A DNA stretch of 64,000 bases from Candidatus Multivoradales bacterium (lineage in GTDB: Bacteria; Acidobacteriota; Thermoanaerobaculia; Multivoradales; JAHEKO01). Location: contig CBDCXM010000008.1 of the NCBI GenBank assembly GCA_965223855.1, positions 320,001-384,000 of the forward strand. Reading direction: 5' to 3'. This document shows, one piece after another, positions 1 through 9,758 of the stretch; the first letter of the stretch is position 1, and each line of letters starts with the position of its first letter. The position numbers were made by a program, and so were the translations under genes. The notes below the pieces were generated by a model that was given only the letters and a program-made list of their open reading frames with translations, ran no database searches and was not told the origin of the DNA.

Positions 1-481
1 TGCGCAGCAACATCGGCCCGGTGTCGAGGCCGGGCTCCAGCTGCATCGTCGTCACGCCGGTCACACGATCACCGTTGGCGATCGCCGCCTGAATCGGCGC
101 GGCGCCGCGGTAGCGCGGGAGGAGCGAAGCGTGAACGTTGACGAAGCCAAGCCGCGGCACCTCGAGCATCCGGCGGGTCAGGAGCTCACCGTAGGCGACC
201 ACCACGCACAGATCCGGCTCGAGCTCCTCGATCGCCTTGCGGAACGACGGCGTTCTCGTCTTCTCGGGCTGCACGACGTCGAGGCCTGCGCGGCGGGCCC
301 AGGCCGCAACCGGTGGATCCACCACCTCCTGGCGCCGACCGACGGGCCGGGCCGGCTGGCTGACGACGAGACGCGGCCGGCGCCCCACGTCGCACAGCGC
401 CTGAAGGCTCGGCACGGCAAAGGCCGGGGTGCCGAAGAACACTAGAGACTCGATGGCCTCGAACGGGGGGCGCTCGCTCAA
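1..481 (-). CDS. fmt: Methionyl-tRNA formyltransferase (3' part outside the window)
   Basis: Manual translation gives ...VFFGTPAFAVPSL...NVHASLLPRYRGAAPIQAAIANGDRVTGVTTMQLEPGLDTGPML. TTG start at 481 with GGAG upstream. Missing from the ORF track because it runs off the edge. Confidence 0.93.
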   Translation of the reverse strand, partial: MSERPPFEAIESLVFFGTPAFAVPSLQALCDVGRRPRLVVSQPARPVGRRQEVVDPPVAAWARRAGLDVVQPEKTRTPSFRKAIEELEPDLCVVVAYGELLTRRMLEVPRLGFVNVHASLLPRYRGAAPIQAAIANGDRVTGVTTMQLEPGLDTGPMLLR

Positions 482-499
482 CGTCGCTCCGAACCGATC

Positions 500-2863
500 T
501 CAGACGCCCTCGCGGGCTCGATCGATCTCCTCGAAGTAGTCGGGACCGACGAGAACCTCGCGTGGTTTCGAACCCTGCGGCGGTCCGAGGAGACCGTCCT
601 GCTCCATCAGGTCGATCAGCCGGGCGGCCCGGGAGAAACCGACTCTGAGGCGTCGCTGAAGGAAGCTGGCCGAGGCCTTGCGCTCGGCGATCACCAGGCG
701 CGCCGCCTCTTCGAACATCTCGTCGTCGCCATCGCCGTCGCCACCGCCGCCGCGCTTCTCCTGCGGCGCCTCGAGCACCGACGGGTCGAGTTCCGGAGGC
801 CCCTGCTTCTTGAGCCAGCGCACCAGTGCCGCCGTCTCCTGCTCACTGACGTAGGCGCCGTGAAGCCGGATCGGGCGTGACGTGCCCGGCGGCATGAAGA
901 GCATGTCGCCCCTGCCCAGCAGACGCTCGGCGCCGACCGCATCGAGGATCGTCCGCGAGTCGTGACGGGTCGCGGTCGCGTAGGCGACACGGCACGGGAA
1001 GTTCGCCTTGATCGTGCCGGTCAGCACGTCGACCGACGGACGCTGAGTGGCGATGATCAGGTGGATGCCGACGGCGCGTGCCATCTGCGCGAGCCTGGCG
1101 ATCGACGCCTCGACGTCGGAGGCGGCGACCATCATCAGGTCGGCGAGCTCGTCGATGATGATGACGTAGTACGGCAGCGGCTGCAGATCGCCGGCGTCGA
1201 ACTCGCCCTCGTCTTCGTTGAGCGACAGGCGCTTCTGTACCTCGGGATCGCCGATCGCCCGGTTGTAGAAGTCGATCGACCGCACGTGGACCTCCGCCAG
1301 CAGGCGGTAACGACGCTCCATCTCCGCCACCGCCCACCGCAGCGCGTTCGAGGCCTTCTTCGGCTCGACGACCACCTCCGTCTTGAGGTGTGGGATGTCT
1401 TTGTACGCGCCGAGCTCGATCCGCTTCGGATCGATGAAGATGAACTGAACGTCCTCGCGGCGGGACTTGTAGAGGATCGAGGTGATCATGCTCTGCAGCC
1501 CGACGCTCTTGCCCGCGCCGGTGGCGCCGGCGACGAGCAGATGGGGCGCCGTGGCGAGGTCGGCGTAGTAGGGCTCGCCGTGGATCGTCGTGCCCAGCGC
1601 CATCGTCAGAGGCGAAGGCGCCTTGGAGAACTTCCGGTCCGCCAGCAGCCAACCCAGTCGGATCACGGAGCGTTCGTCGTTCGGCACCTCGATGCCGAGC
1701 GTCGAGCGGCCGGCGAGCCGGTCGATGCGCACCGACTCCGCCTTGAGCGCCAACGCCAGGTCGTCCTGCAGGTTGACGATCTGGCTCACCTTCACGCCGG
1801 GGGCGGGCTGGAACTCGTAGACGGTGATCACCGGCCCGGGGCTGATTCCCTCGACGGTCCCCTCGACACCGAACTCGAGGCAGCGCTGGCGAATCGCCTC
1901 GCCCAACCGGATGAGCTCGTCCTCGTCGATCGCCGGCTGGACCGCCTCCGAGCGCAGGAGATCGAGCGGCGGCAGCGCACCCTTGGGCGCTTTGCCGCCA
2001 GACGGGAAGTCGATCCTGCTTTGAGAAGCGGGCTTCTTTCTCGTCGGCGCCGGCTTCGATGCGGTCTCTGCCGCGACGGGAGCGGGGATCGCCGGCACCT
2101 CGTCCTCGACCGCCTCCGTCACCTTGCGCACGGCGAAACGGCCCTTGCCGCTCATCTCCTCGACGCGAAGCGGCAGGTCCGGCTCCACCCTCTCGACCGG
2201 CTGAGGGTCTCCCTCCAGCTCGGCTTCGGCCGGCTTGCGATGCTTCGCCACGACCCGCTCGCGCATCTTCTCTTTCTCGCGCTTCTCACGGCTGCGGGCT
2301 CGCCGCAGCACCATCGCCTGCCAGGCGCCCTGCAGCCGGTCGCGCCAGGCGGCGAGCAGTTCGCCGAGCGTCGACTGGACGAGCAAAGCGCCGCCCACCA
2401 CGACCGCGGCGAGGAGGAGGAACAGGGCGCCGGTGAACCCGAGGAACCTCTGGACCCCGCCACCGAGCAGATCGCCGACCAGACCGCCCACCCGCAGCAC
2501 CTCGCCGCGCCAACTCACCGACTCGAGGATGATCGCCAGCAGCGCCGGCAGACTCGTCAGCAGGATCGCCGCTCCCAGTCCGCGACCGACGACCTTCTCG
2601 TCACCCTGGCGGCGCACGAAGCGCCAGGCGTTCCACAGCAGCAAAGCCGGGAGCAGCAGGATCGTCAGGCCGAGGAAGCCGTAGCCGGCAGCGGCGATCT
2701 CCGCGCCGAACGGACCGATCAGGTTGCGCACCGGTACCGACTCGGTCGACTGGTAGAGGAAGCTCGGGTCGTCGGGCCGGTACGACAGCAGAGCGCACGC
2801 CAGCAGGATCGCCGCCAGCAGCAGCACCAGCCCGATCAGCTCGCGCGTCTTGTCGGGCGACAT
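500..2863 (-). CDS. ftsK: DNA translocase FtsK
   Basis: N-terminal TM segments, Walker A GATGAGKS, IIIDELADLMM, ATQRPSVDV, C-terminal gamma domain ASFLQRRLRVGFSRAARLID. Confidence 0.97.
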   Translation of the reverse strand: MSPDKTRELIGLVLLLAAILLACALLSYRPDDPSFLYQSTESVPVRNLIGPFGAEIAAAGYGFLGLTILLLPALLLWNAWRFVRRQGDEKVVGRGLGAAILLTSLPALLAIILESVSWRGEVLRVGGLVGDLLGGGVQRFLGFTGALFLLLAAVVVGGALLVQSTLGELLAAWRDRLQGAWQAMVLRRARSREKREKEKMRERVVAKHRKPAEAELEGDPQPVERVEPDLPLRVEEMSGKGRFAVRKVTEAVEDEVPAIPAPVAAETASKPAPTRKKPASQSRIDFPSGGKAPKGALPPLDLLRSEAVQPAIDEDELIRLGEAIRQRCLEFGVEGTVEGISPGPVITVYEFQPAPGVKVSQIVNLQDDLALALKAESVRIDRLAGRSTLGIEVPNDERSVIRLGWLLADRKFSKAPSPLTMALGTTIHGEPYYADLATAPHLLVAGATGAGKSVGLQSMITSILYKSRREDVQFIFIDPKRIELGAYKDIPHLKTEVVVEPKKASNALRWAVAEMERRYRLLAEVHVRSIDFYNRAIGDPEVQKRLSLNEDEGEFDAGDLQPLPYYVIIIDELADLMMVAASDVEASIARLAQMARAVGIHLIIATQRPSVDVLTGTIKANFPCRVAYATATRHDSRTILDAVGAERLLGRGDMLFMPPGTSRPIRLHGAYVSEQETAALVRWLKKQGPPELDPSVLEAPQEKRGGGGDGDGDDEMFEEAARLVIAERKASASFLQRRLRVGFSRAARLIDLMEQDGLLGPPQGSKPREVLVGPDYFEEIDRAREGV

Positions 2864-2946
2864 GCGCGGCTTGCCGCCGCTCCCTTTCCTCTTCGATGCG
2901 GTCAGTGCTAAATCCCCTTCAATACAGGGTTTTCGAACCTCTCACT

Positions 2947-3822
2947 CTATACGTTCGCAGACGCCGACAAAAGCGCCTGAAACGCCTCGAGAGAAAGCTC
3001 TTCGGCCCTCGTGGTGGCAGGCAGGCCGACCTCTTCGAGCACGGCCTCCACGACCTTCCTCGGTCGCCACCCGTCGAGAGAGTTTCGCAGGGTCTTGCGG
3101 CGGCGACCGAAAGCGGCGTGCACCAGTTCGCGCAGCGCAGCGTAGTCTGCGGCCGGAGTCGCGAGCGGCTCCAGACCGACGAAGGCGCTCTCGACCTTCG
3201 GCGGCGGATGGAAGCTGCCCGGACGCACCCGTCCCAGCAGGACGCATCGCGCCCGTGCCCGCGTGAGAATCGACAGAGCTCCGTAGTCGGCATCACCGAC
3301 GTCGGCCGCCAGTCGGCGCGCGACCTCGAGTTGCACGAGGAAGCCGGAGCGCGGGAACCGCTTCCCCTGATCGAGCACCGCGTCGAGGATCGGCGTGGCG
3401 ACGTTGTAGGGCAGGTTCCCGGTCACGAGATGTCCCCTCGGAACCCTTCCCCAGGGCAGCTCGAGAGCGTCTCCGACGACGATGTCGAGGGCGGCGGCGC
3501 CGAGGCGGCGCCTCAACTCGAGCGCCCAGCGGAGATCGAGCTCCCAGCCGAGGATCGTCGCACCGGCTGCGACCAGTGCGCGGGTCAGCACTCCGCCTCC
3601 AGGACCGACCTCCAGAGCCGTGCGGCCGGCCGGCGACAGAAAGTCCACCAGCGGCCGGCACAGCGCCGGGTCGCGCAGGTGGTGCTGACCCAGGGCCTTT
3701 CTGAGAGCAGGGGCTTTCCTGAGAGCTCGGCCTTTCCTCCCGGCCTGGCCCCTGGCGGGATTCGAGCGGCCCAGCGGCGAGGAGTCGCCGCTCGTCGATC
3801 GACGGTCGCGAGATCGCTTCAC
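2947..3822 (-). CDS. rsmA: 16S rRNA adenine dimethyltransferase RsmA/KsgA
   Basis: KALGQHHL, EVGPGGGVLT, GNLPYNVATPIL, FHPPPKVES and RRKTLRNSL motifs. Confidence 0.93.
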   Translation of the reverse strand: MKRSRDRRSTSGDSSPLGRSNPARGQAGRKGRALRKAPALRKALGQHHLRDPALCRPLVDFLSPAGRTALEVGPGGGVLTRALVAAGATILGWELDLRWALELRRRLGAAALDIVVGDALELPWGRVPRGHLVTGNLPYNVATPILDAVLDQGKRFPRSGFLVQLEVARRLAADVGDADYGALSILTRARARCVLLGRVRPGSFHPPPKVESAFVGLEPLATPAADYAALRELVHAAFGRRRKTLRNSLDGWRPRKVVEAVLEEVGLPATTRAEELSLEAFQALLSASANV

Positions 3823-4056
3823 TCGCCGACCCTACTCTGTCCGGCCAGGGCCGTTCGTCTCCCTGCAAAGCCGGCCTCGAGGCCCGAAGCCGCAGCCCAT
3901 GGACGGGCACGGCGCGAGAAGCGCCAATTTGGCCGCTTTTCCGGGGCCTGACGGCACGCCACGCGGCTCCACGCCTGCCCTGGCGCTGGCACTGCCCTTG
4001 CAGCCTTCAAACCGGATCGACGAGGCGAGCCGATCGCCAGAAGGAGGATCGTCACC

Positions 4057-5064
4057 ATGACTACCGACACCACCACGGCGCCGGACACAGGGCAACTGAC
4101 CGAACGGGTCGAGCGCGACAGCCTCGTTCTGCGCGAGGTCGAAGACGAACTGCGCAAGGTCATCGTCGGCCAGGACTACCTGGTCGAGCGTCTCCTGGTC
4201 GGCCTGCTCGTGCGCGGCCATCTGCTGATCGAGGGCGTCCCCGGGCTGGCGAAGACCCTCGCCGTCAAGACCCTCGCGCGCACCCTGCAGGTCGACTTCC
4301 AGCGGGTGCAGTTCACCCCCGATCTCCTCCCCGCCGACCTCCTCGGCACCCTGATCTACGATCAGCGACACGGCGACTTCACCCCGCGCAAGGGGCCGCT
4401 CTTCACCAACCTGCTGCTCGCCGACGAAATCAACCGCGCACCGGCGAAGGTGCAGTCGGCGCTGCTCGAGTCGATGGAGGAACGCCAGATCACCCTCGGC
4501 GACACGACCTACTCGCTCGACGACCCGTTCATGGTGATGGCGACCCAGAACCCTCTCGAGCAGGAGGGGACCTATCCGCTCGCCGAGGCGCAGGTCGATC
4601 GCTTCACCCTCAAGCTCAAGCTCGACTATCCGAGCCGCAGCGACGAGGAGGCGATCCTCGATCGGATGCTGGTCGAGCGGGAGTTCGACGTGAGGGCAAT
4701 CCTCGATCCGCTTCGCCTCGCCGAGTTGCGCAACCTCGCCGACGCGATCTACCTCGACCAGAAAATGAAGGGCTACATCCTCGACCTCATCGAGGCGACG
4801 CGGAATCCGAGGAGCTCCGGCTGCGCCGATCTCGCCGACCTCATCTCATTCGGCGCCTCACCGCGAGCGACCCTTTTCCTCGCCCGAAGCGCCAAGGCGA
4901 TCGCGCTGCTGCGGGGAAGGGGCTTCGTCATCCCGGAGGACGTCAAGGAGATCGCCGCGGACGTCCTGCGGCACCGGATCGTCCCGACCTACGAGGCCGA
5001 GGCGGAGGAGGTGTCGAGCGACGAGCTGGTCGAGCGCATCCTCGATCGCATCGAGATCCCCTGA
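4057..5064 (+). CDS. moxR: MoxR-family AAA+ ATPase
   Basis: GVPGLAKT, QFTPDLLPAD, LLADEINRAPAKVQSALLE, ATQNPLEQEGTYPL; AGGAGG RBS. Confidence 0.95.
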   Translation: MTTDTTTAPDTGQLTERVERDSLVLREVEDELRKVIVGQDYLVERLLVGLLVRGHLLIEGVPGLAKTLAVKTLARTLQVDFQRVQFTPDLLPADLLGTLIYDQRHGDFTPRKGPLFTNLLLADEINRAPAKVQSALLESMEERQITLGDTTYSLDDPFMVMATQNPLEQEGTYPLAEAQVDRFTLKLKLDYPSRSDEEAILDRMLVEREFDVRAILDPLRLAELRNLADAIYLDQKMKGYILDLIEATRNPRSSGCADLADLISFGASPRATLFLARSAKAIALLRGRGFVIPEDVKEIAADVLRHRIVPTYEAEAEEVSSDELVERILDRIEIP

Positions 5065-5098
5065 ACCGGGGTTCCCCGAGCCCGACCCGAGAGTTGCC

Positions 5099-6004
5099 AT
5101 GAGACCGGCTGCCGCCCCCCGCTCCCGGCCCGCTCTGCCCGCCGACCTGATGAGGAAGGTGCGACGGATCGAGATCTCGACCCGCAGGCTGGTCGACGAG
5201 GGAGTCGCCGGCGAGTATCACTCCGTCTTCAAGGGGCGCGGCCTCGAGTTCGCCGAGGTGCGGCCCTACCAGCCCGGAGACGACGTGCGGACGATCGACT
5301 GGAACGTCACCGCGCGGATGGACGCTCCCTACGTCAAGCAGTACGTCGAATCGCGAGATCTCACGGTCTTCGTCGTCGTCGACGTCTCGGGCTCTCAGAA
5401 CTTCGGCTCACGCGCCATCCTCAAGCGCGAACAGGCGGCCGAGATCGCCGCGCTCCTGAGCTTTGCGGCTTTGCGCAACCAGGACCGGGTGGGAGCCGCC
5501 CTCGTCACCGACCGGCTCGAGATGTTCCTCCCTCCGAGGCGCAGCCGTACCCACGTGCTGCGAGCGGTGAGGGAGATCCTCGCCAGGCAGGGCGACGGCC
5601 TGACCGATCTCGACGCTGCGATACCCGCCGTGCTGCGCAATCTCAAGCAGCGCGCGGTCCTCTTTTTGATCTCCGATTTCGTCCAGACGCCGTTCTCCGA
5701 AGCGCTCAAGGCGGCCGCCGCACGCCACGACCTGGTGACGGTGCGGGTGGTCGATCCACGTGACCTGACTCTCCCCGCCGTCGGACCGGTGCCGGTGCGT
5801 GACGAGGAGACCGGCAAGCTCGCCGTCCTGTCGGGCCGCCGCTGGCAACGCCGTTGGGCGAAGCAACGCCGTGCCGAAGGCGAAGAGCTGCAACGGTGGA
5901 CCCGCCGGCTCGGCATCGACCACCTCGAACTTCGAACCGACCGCCCGTATCTCGCGCCGCTCGTAGCGTTCTTCGATCGTCGCCGCAGGAGGCTGGCGCG
6001 ATGA
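5099..6004 (+). CDS. DUF58 (VWA-like) protein of MoxR/Bat operons
   Basis: FKGRGLEFAEVRPYQPGDDVRTIDWNVTAR, DVSGS, LISDF. Confidence 0.92.
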   Translation: MRPAAAPRSRPALPADLMRKVRRIEISTRRLVDEGVAGEYHSVFKGRGLEFAEVRPYQPGDDVRTIDWNVTARMDAPYVKQYVESRDLTVFVVVDVSGSQNFGSRAILKREQAAEIAALLSFAALRNQDRVGAALVTDRLEMFLPPRRSRTHVLRAVREILARQGDGLTDLDAAIPAVLRNLKQRAVLFLISDFVQTPFSEALKAAAARHDLVTVRVVDPRDLTLPAVGPVPVRDEETGKLAVLSGRRWQRRWAKQRRAEGEELQRWTRRLGIDHLELRTDRPYLAPLVAFFDRRRRRLAR

Positions 6005-6945
6005 GACGCCCGCTCCTGGTGGCCTCGGCCGCCCTGGCGATGGTCTGCGCACCGTCCCTGTCCGCACAGACCGCCGAGGCGATCGGCACGCTGAGCTTCG
6101 AGGTTCTGCCTGGTGAGGTGACGCCCGGCGATCGACTCGAGGCGACGCTCGTCTTCGTGCCGGCGTCGGCACTCGATGCCCCGCCGAACTTCCCCGTCTG
6201 GGAGGAGCACTGGGGCGATGCCGAGATCCTCGAAGCCGGCCCTGTAGAGCAGGGCGAGGACGGCGGCTACCGTCAGCGCCTGTCGATGGTGCTCTTCGAG
6301 CCGGGGCTCGCCACACTGCCGGCACCGACCGTCGAGATCGCGCAGGACGGAGCGCTCGTCTCGGTCGCCGCCCGGCCGGCGATCATCGACGTGCGGTCGG
6401 TGCTGCCGCTCGAAGAGGAGAACCCTCAACCGCAACCGCCCGCCCCACCTCGCGCCCTGCCGGTGGGCGAGCGCTTCTGGTGGACCGCAGGGCTCCTCGC
6501 GGCGGCCTGCCTGCTGCTGGGCACTCTCGCCTGGCGTGCGGCGAAGCGGATCGGCGACACGCTCGCGGCGTTGCGACGGACGCCGATCGAGGCCTTCGAG
6601 TTCGCTCTCGAGCGCCTTCGTGGGGAGTCGGACGCGGCACGCGCCGCGACCGGTCTCAGCCTGGAGTTCCGGCGCTATCTGGGCCGTTCGCTCGGCTTCC
6701 CCGCGGCCGAAGGAACGACCAGCGAGATTCGCCGGGAGTTGCGCTCGCGGGGGCTGCCGGACGCGGTCGTCCGCCCCTCGCTCGATCTGCTGCAGGAGGC
6801 CGATCGGGTGAAGTTCGCGCGCGCGGCCATCACCTCTCAGCACGCCCGCACCCGCCTCGACGAGGCGGGCCGCCTGGCGCGCGACATCGAAGCGTGGCAG
6901 CAGCCGGTTGAGGTCGCGGCCGGCGAGGACGCGGAAGCCGCCTGA
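6001..6945 (+). CDS. Exported single-TM protein of the Bat operon (BatD-like N-terminus)
   Basis: ATGA overlap with the DUF58 stop, signal peptide MRRPLLVASAALAMVC, one TM helix, C-terminal TTSEI...ADRVKFA typical of the gene before batA. Confidence 0.75.
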   Translation: MRRPLLVASAALAMVCAPSLSAQTAEAIGTLSFEVLPGEVTPGDRLEATLVFVPASALDAPPNFPVWEEHWGDAEILEAGPVEQGEDGGYRQRLSMVLFEPGLATLPAPTVEIAQDGALVSVAARPAIIDVRSVLPLEEENPQPQPPAPPRALPVGERFWWTAGLLAAACLLLGTLAWRAAKRIGDTLAALRRTPIEAFEFALERLRGESDAARAATGLSLEFRRYLGRSLGFPAAEGTTSEIRRELRSRGLPDAVVRPSLDLLQEADRVKFARAAITSQHARTRLDEAGRLARDIEAWQQPVEVAAGEDAEAA

Positions 6946-6960
6946 TGGGCCGCCTGATGG
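6937..6960. repeat. Perfect 12-bp tandem duplication (GCCGCCTGATGG x2)
   Basis: Read directly at 6937-6948 and 6949-6960. Confidence 0.9.
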
Positions 6961-6973
6961 CAGGGGTCGACTG

Positions 6974-7963
6974 ATGGAGCTGCCGCGCTTCGCCGATCCG
7001 GTGTGGCTGTGGGCGTTGTTCGTGTTGCCGCTCCTCGCCTGGTGGCGGTGGCGGCGCGGTACGGCGGCGCTCGGCATCAGCCGCGTTCCCGCCGGCGCGG
7101 GCGGCGGCTGGCGACTGCACCTTCCCTTCGCGTTGCGTTTCACCGGTCTGGCGCTGGTCGTCCTCGCCCTCGCCCGCCCGCAGCTCGGCTACTCGTGGGA
7201 AGAGAACCTCACCGAGGGAATCGACATCCAGATCGCGCTCGACATCTCGGGCTCCATGGGGGCCGAAGACTTCCAGCCGCGCAACAGGCTCGAGGTGGCC
7301 AAGCGGGTCGTCAACGACTTCATCGCACAGCGCACCGCCGATCGTGTCGGTCTGACGGTCTTCTCGGGCACTGCGATGACCCGCTCACCGCTCACCACCG
7401 ACCGTCAGATGCTCCACTTCCTCGTCGACGCGGTGGAGCTCAACTCGCTGCCGGACGGCACGGCGATCGGACTCGCACTGGCGAACGCCACCGCGCGGCT
7501 CAGGGACAGCGCGGCGGAGTCGAAGGTGATCGTCCTCGTCACCGACGGCGTCAACAACGCCGGTGCCGTCGACCCAGCATCCGCCTCGGCGATCGCCGAA
7601 GGGCTGGGGGTGAAGGTCTACACCGTGGGCGTCGGCACCGCCGGCCGCGTGCCGGTTCCGCTCCCGGTCCAGAACCCGCGCACCGGTCGGCGTGAGGTGC
7701 AGCGGGTGCTGATGAACGTCGAGGTGGACGAGAAGCTCCTGCAGCAGATCGCCGAGCGCACCGGCGGCAAGTTCTTCAAGGCGACCGACGAGAGCGCGCT
7801 GCGGCGGATCTTCGAAGAGATCGACGCGCTCGAACGCACTCCCATCGCCACCAAGACGTTCGTTCGCTACGAGGAGACGTTCCAGCCGCTCGCCTGGGCC
7901 GCCCTGGCCCTTCTCCTCCTGCCCTTCGTCGCAGGAGTTCTGGACTGGACGGTCGAGCCGTGA
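6974..7963 (+). CDS. batA: VWA-domain protein BatA
   Basis: N-terminal FADPVWLW, LALARPQ, MIDAS DISGSM, DGTAIG, LVTDGVNN, C-terminal TM. Confidence 0.9.
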   Translation: MELPRFADPVWLWALFVLPLLAWWRWRRGTAALGISRVPAGAGGGWRLHLPFALRFTGLALVVLALARPQLGYSWEENLTEGIDIQIALDISGSMGAEDFQPRNRLEVAKRVVNDFIAQRTADRVGLTVFSGTAMTRSPLTTDRQMLHFLVDAVELNSLPDGTAIGLALANATARLRDSAAESKVIVLVTDGVNNAGAVDPASASAIAEGLGVKVYTVGVGTAGRVPVPLPVQNPRTGRREVQRVLMNVEVDEKLLQQIAERTGGKFFKATDESALRRIFEEIDALERTPIATKTFVRYEETFQPLAWAALALLLLPFVAGVLDWTVEP

Positions 7964-8976
7964 CCTTCGGACGCTCCGAATGGCTCTGGCTGCTCGCCGC
8001 GGTGCCGGTGTCGGCGGCGCTCGCGGCGTGGCTGTGGCGCCGCCGGTTCGACGCGCTGGCGGCGTGGGCTTCCCGCGCACTGTGGCCGCGGCTGGAGCTC
8101 GAAGCCCGACGCGGACAGCTGTGGCTGTCGGTGGCCGCCCTCTCCCTCGCGATCTTCGGGGTGATCGGTGCGCTCGCCGAGCCGCGCTGGGGCACGATCG
8201 AGGAGACGGTCGAACGCGAGGGGGTGGACGTGGTGTTCGTGCTCGACTCGTCGCTCTCGATGGCCGCCGACGACGTCGCGCCCGATCGCCTGACCGTCGC
8301 GGCCAGCCTCGTTCGCGAGCTGGCTCGGAGACTGCCGGGGCATCGCGTCGCCCTGGTCCAGGCGGAGGGCGACGGTGTCGTGCTGGCCCCGCTGACGATC
8401 GACGCCGCGGTGCTCGACCTGCTGCTCGACACCATCCTGCCCGCCAGCCTGCCGACCCCCGGGACACTGCTCGAGCGCTCGCTCGGACAGGCGGTGCGGC
8501 TCTTCCCCGAGGAAGGGCCCCAGCATCGGGTCATCGTGCTGTTGTCGGACGGCGAGGATCACAGCGATGCCGACGACCGGATCGCGGCGACCCTAGAGGA
8601 GTCCGGAGCCGTTCTCTTCGCCCTCGGCGTCGGCTCCCCGCAGGGAGCGCCGATTCGCCTCCCCGGCAGCGACGCCTACAAGGAGGACGAGGAGGGCAAC
8701 GTCGTCGTCAGCAAGCTCAACGAAGATCTGATGGCACGACTCGCCCACGAGACGGGAGGGCTCTACCTGCGCGCCGCCGGCCTCGGCGTCGATCTCGACC
8801 CCGTGGTCGGTGCGATCAACGACATGGAGCGACGCTCCATCGACGGACAGGTGACGAGCACCCTGGCGCAGCGCTTCCAGTGGCCGCTCGCCGCCGGGCT
8901 CGTGGCGTTGCTGATGCACCTCGTGGCCATGCCGCTCGCCCCGTCACGAGCGGAGTCGGAAAGGCTGAGCTCATGA
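7960..8976 (+). CDS. batB: VWA-domain protein BatB
   Basis: ALAEPRWG, MIDAS DSSLSM, PLTID, LLSDGEDH; GTGA overlap with batA. Confidence 0.88.
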   Translation: MTFGRSEWLWLLAAVPVSAALAAWLWRRRFDALAAWASRALWPRLELEARRGQLWLSVAALSLAIFGVIGALAEPRWGTIEETVEREGVDVVFVLDSSLSMAADDVAPDRLTVAASLVRELARRLPGHRVALVQAEGDGVVLAPLTIDAAVLDLLLDTILPASLPTPGTLLERSLGQAVRLFPEEGPQHRVIVLLSDGEDHSDADDRIAATLEESGAVLFALGVGSPQGAPIRLPGSDAYKEDEEGNVVVSKLNEDLMARLAHETGGLYLRAAGLGVDLDPVVGAINDMERRSIDGQVTSTLAQRFQWPLAAGLVALLMHLVAMPLAPSRAESERLSS

Positions 8977-9758
8977 AGGCACTCCTCGCCTCCGGACTCG
9001 CCTGGAGCGCCCTCGGAATCGGCTCTCTGCTCGAGCTGCCCGAGAAGGTCGAAGCATGGCTCTTCAACCCCCGGGAGCGAACCGAGCGCGGCCTCGAAGC
9101 GGCCGATGCCGGAGATCTCGAAGGGGCGAGCGACGCCTACGACGCGGCTGCCCGGCTCGCACCCGACGATCCGGTAACGCGGTTCAACGCCGGCACGGGA
9201 CGCCTGCTCGCGGAACGAGGCGACGCCGCCGAGGAGCTGTCGCGCGCCGTGGAGCTGGCGGCGCCGGAGATGCTGCCGCGGGCGCTCTACAACCTCGGCA
9301 ACGCCCAACTGCGGGAAGAGGACGCCGCCGCGGCGGTCGAGTCCTTCAAGAGCTCGCTGAGAGCCGACCCCGATCAGCTCGACGCCAAGCACAACCTGGA
9401 GCTGGCACTGCGAATGCTCGAGGAGCAGAACTCCGGTCGCGGTGAGGATCAGGAGACCCCGGATGCCGAGAACGAGGGCGAACAGGAGCAGTCGCCCTCG
9501 GAGGGCAGTGAGGATCCCCGGGACGAACCGCAGCAGGACGAGGGGCAGGAGCCTCGATCCCAGGACGGCGACGGCCAGCAGACCCCTCAGCCCGACCAGA
9601 GAGATCGGCCGCTCCCCAACTTCGAAGATCAGGAGGACATGACCGCCGAGCAGGCGGCCGCGATCCTCGAAGCGGTCGAGAACCTGGAGCGGGAGCAGCG
9701 GCGCGAGCAGGCGGCCGAGCGCCTGAAGGCACGCAAGACCGGAGAGCGAGACTGGTGA
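8973..9758 (+). CDS. batC: TPR protein BatC
   Basis: ALYNLGNA...DAKHNLELA TPRs, acidic Q/E linker, C-terminal 'ERDW'; ATGA overlap. Confidence 0.85.
   Translation: MKALLASGLAWSALGIGSLLELPEKVEAWLFNPRERTERGLEAADAGDLEGASDAYDAAARLAPDDPVTRFNAGTGRLLAERGDAAEELSRAVELAAPEMLPRALYNLGNAQLREEDAAAAVESFKSSLRADPDQLDAKHNLELALRMLEEQNSGRGEDQETPDAENEGEQEQSPSEGSEDPRDEPQQDEGQEPRSQDGDGQQTPQPDQRDRPLPNFEDQEDMTAEQAAAILEAVENLEREQRREQAAERLKARKTGERDW

Noticed and set aside
962-2911. Long antisense ORFs over ftsK (likewise 15922-18246, 25056-27362, 9629-11578, 47897-49708)
   Set aside because: They mirror well-supported genes; stop codons are scarce on the opposite strand at this GC content.
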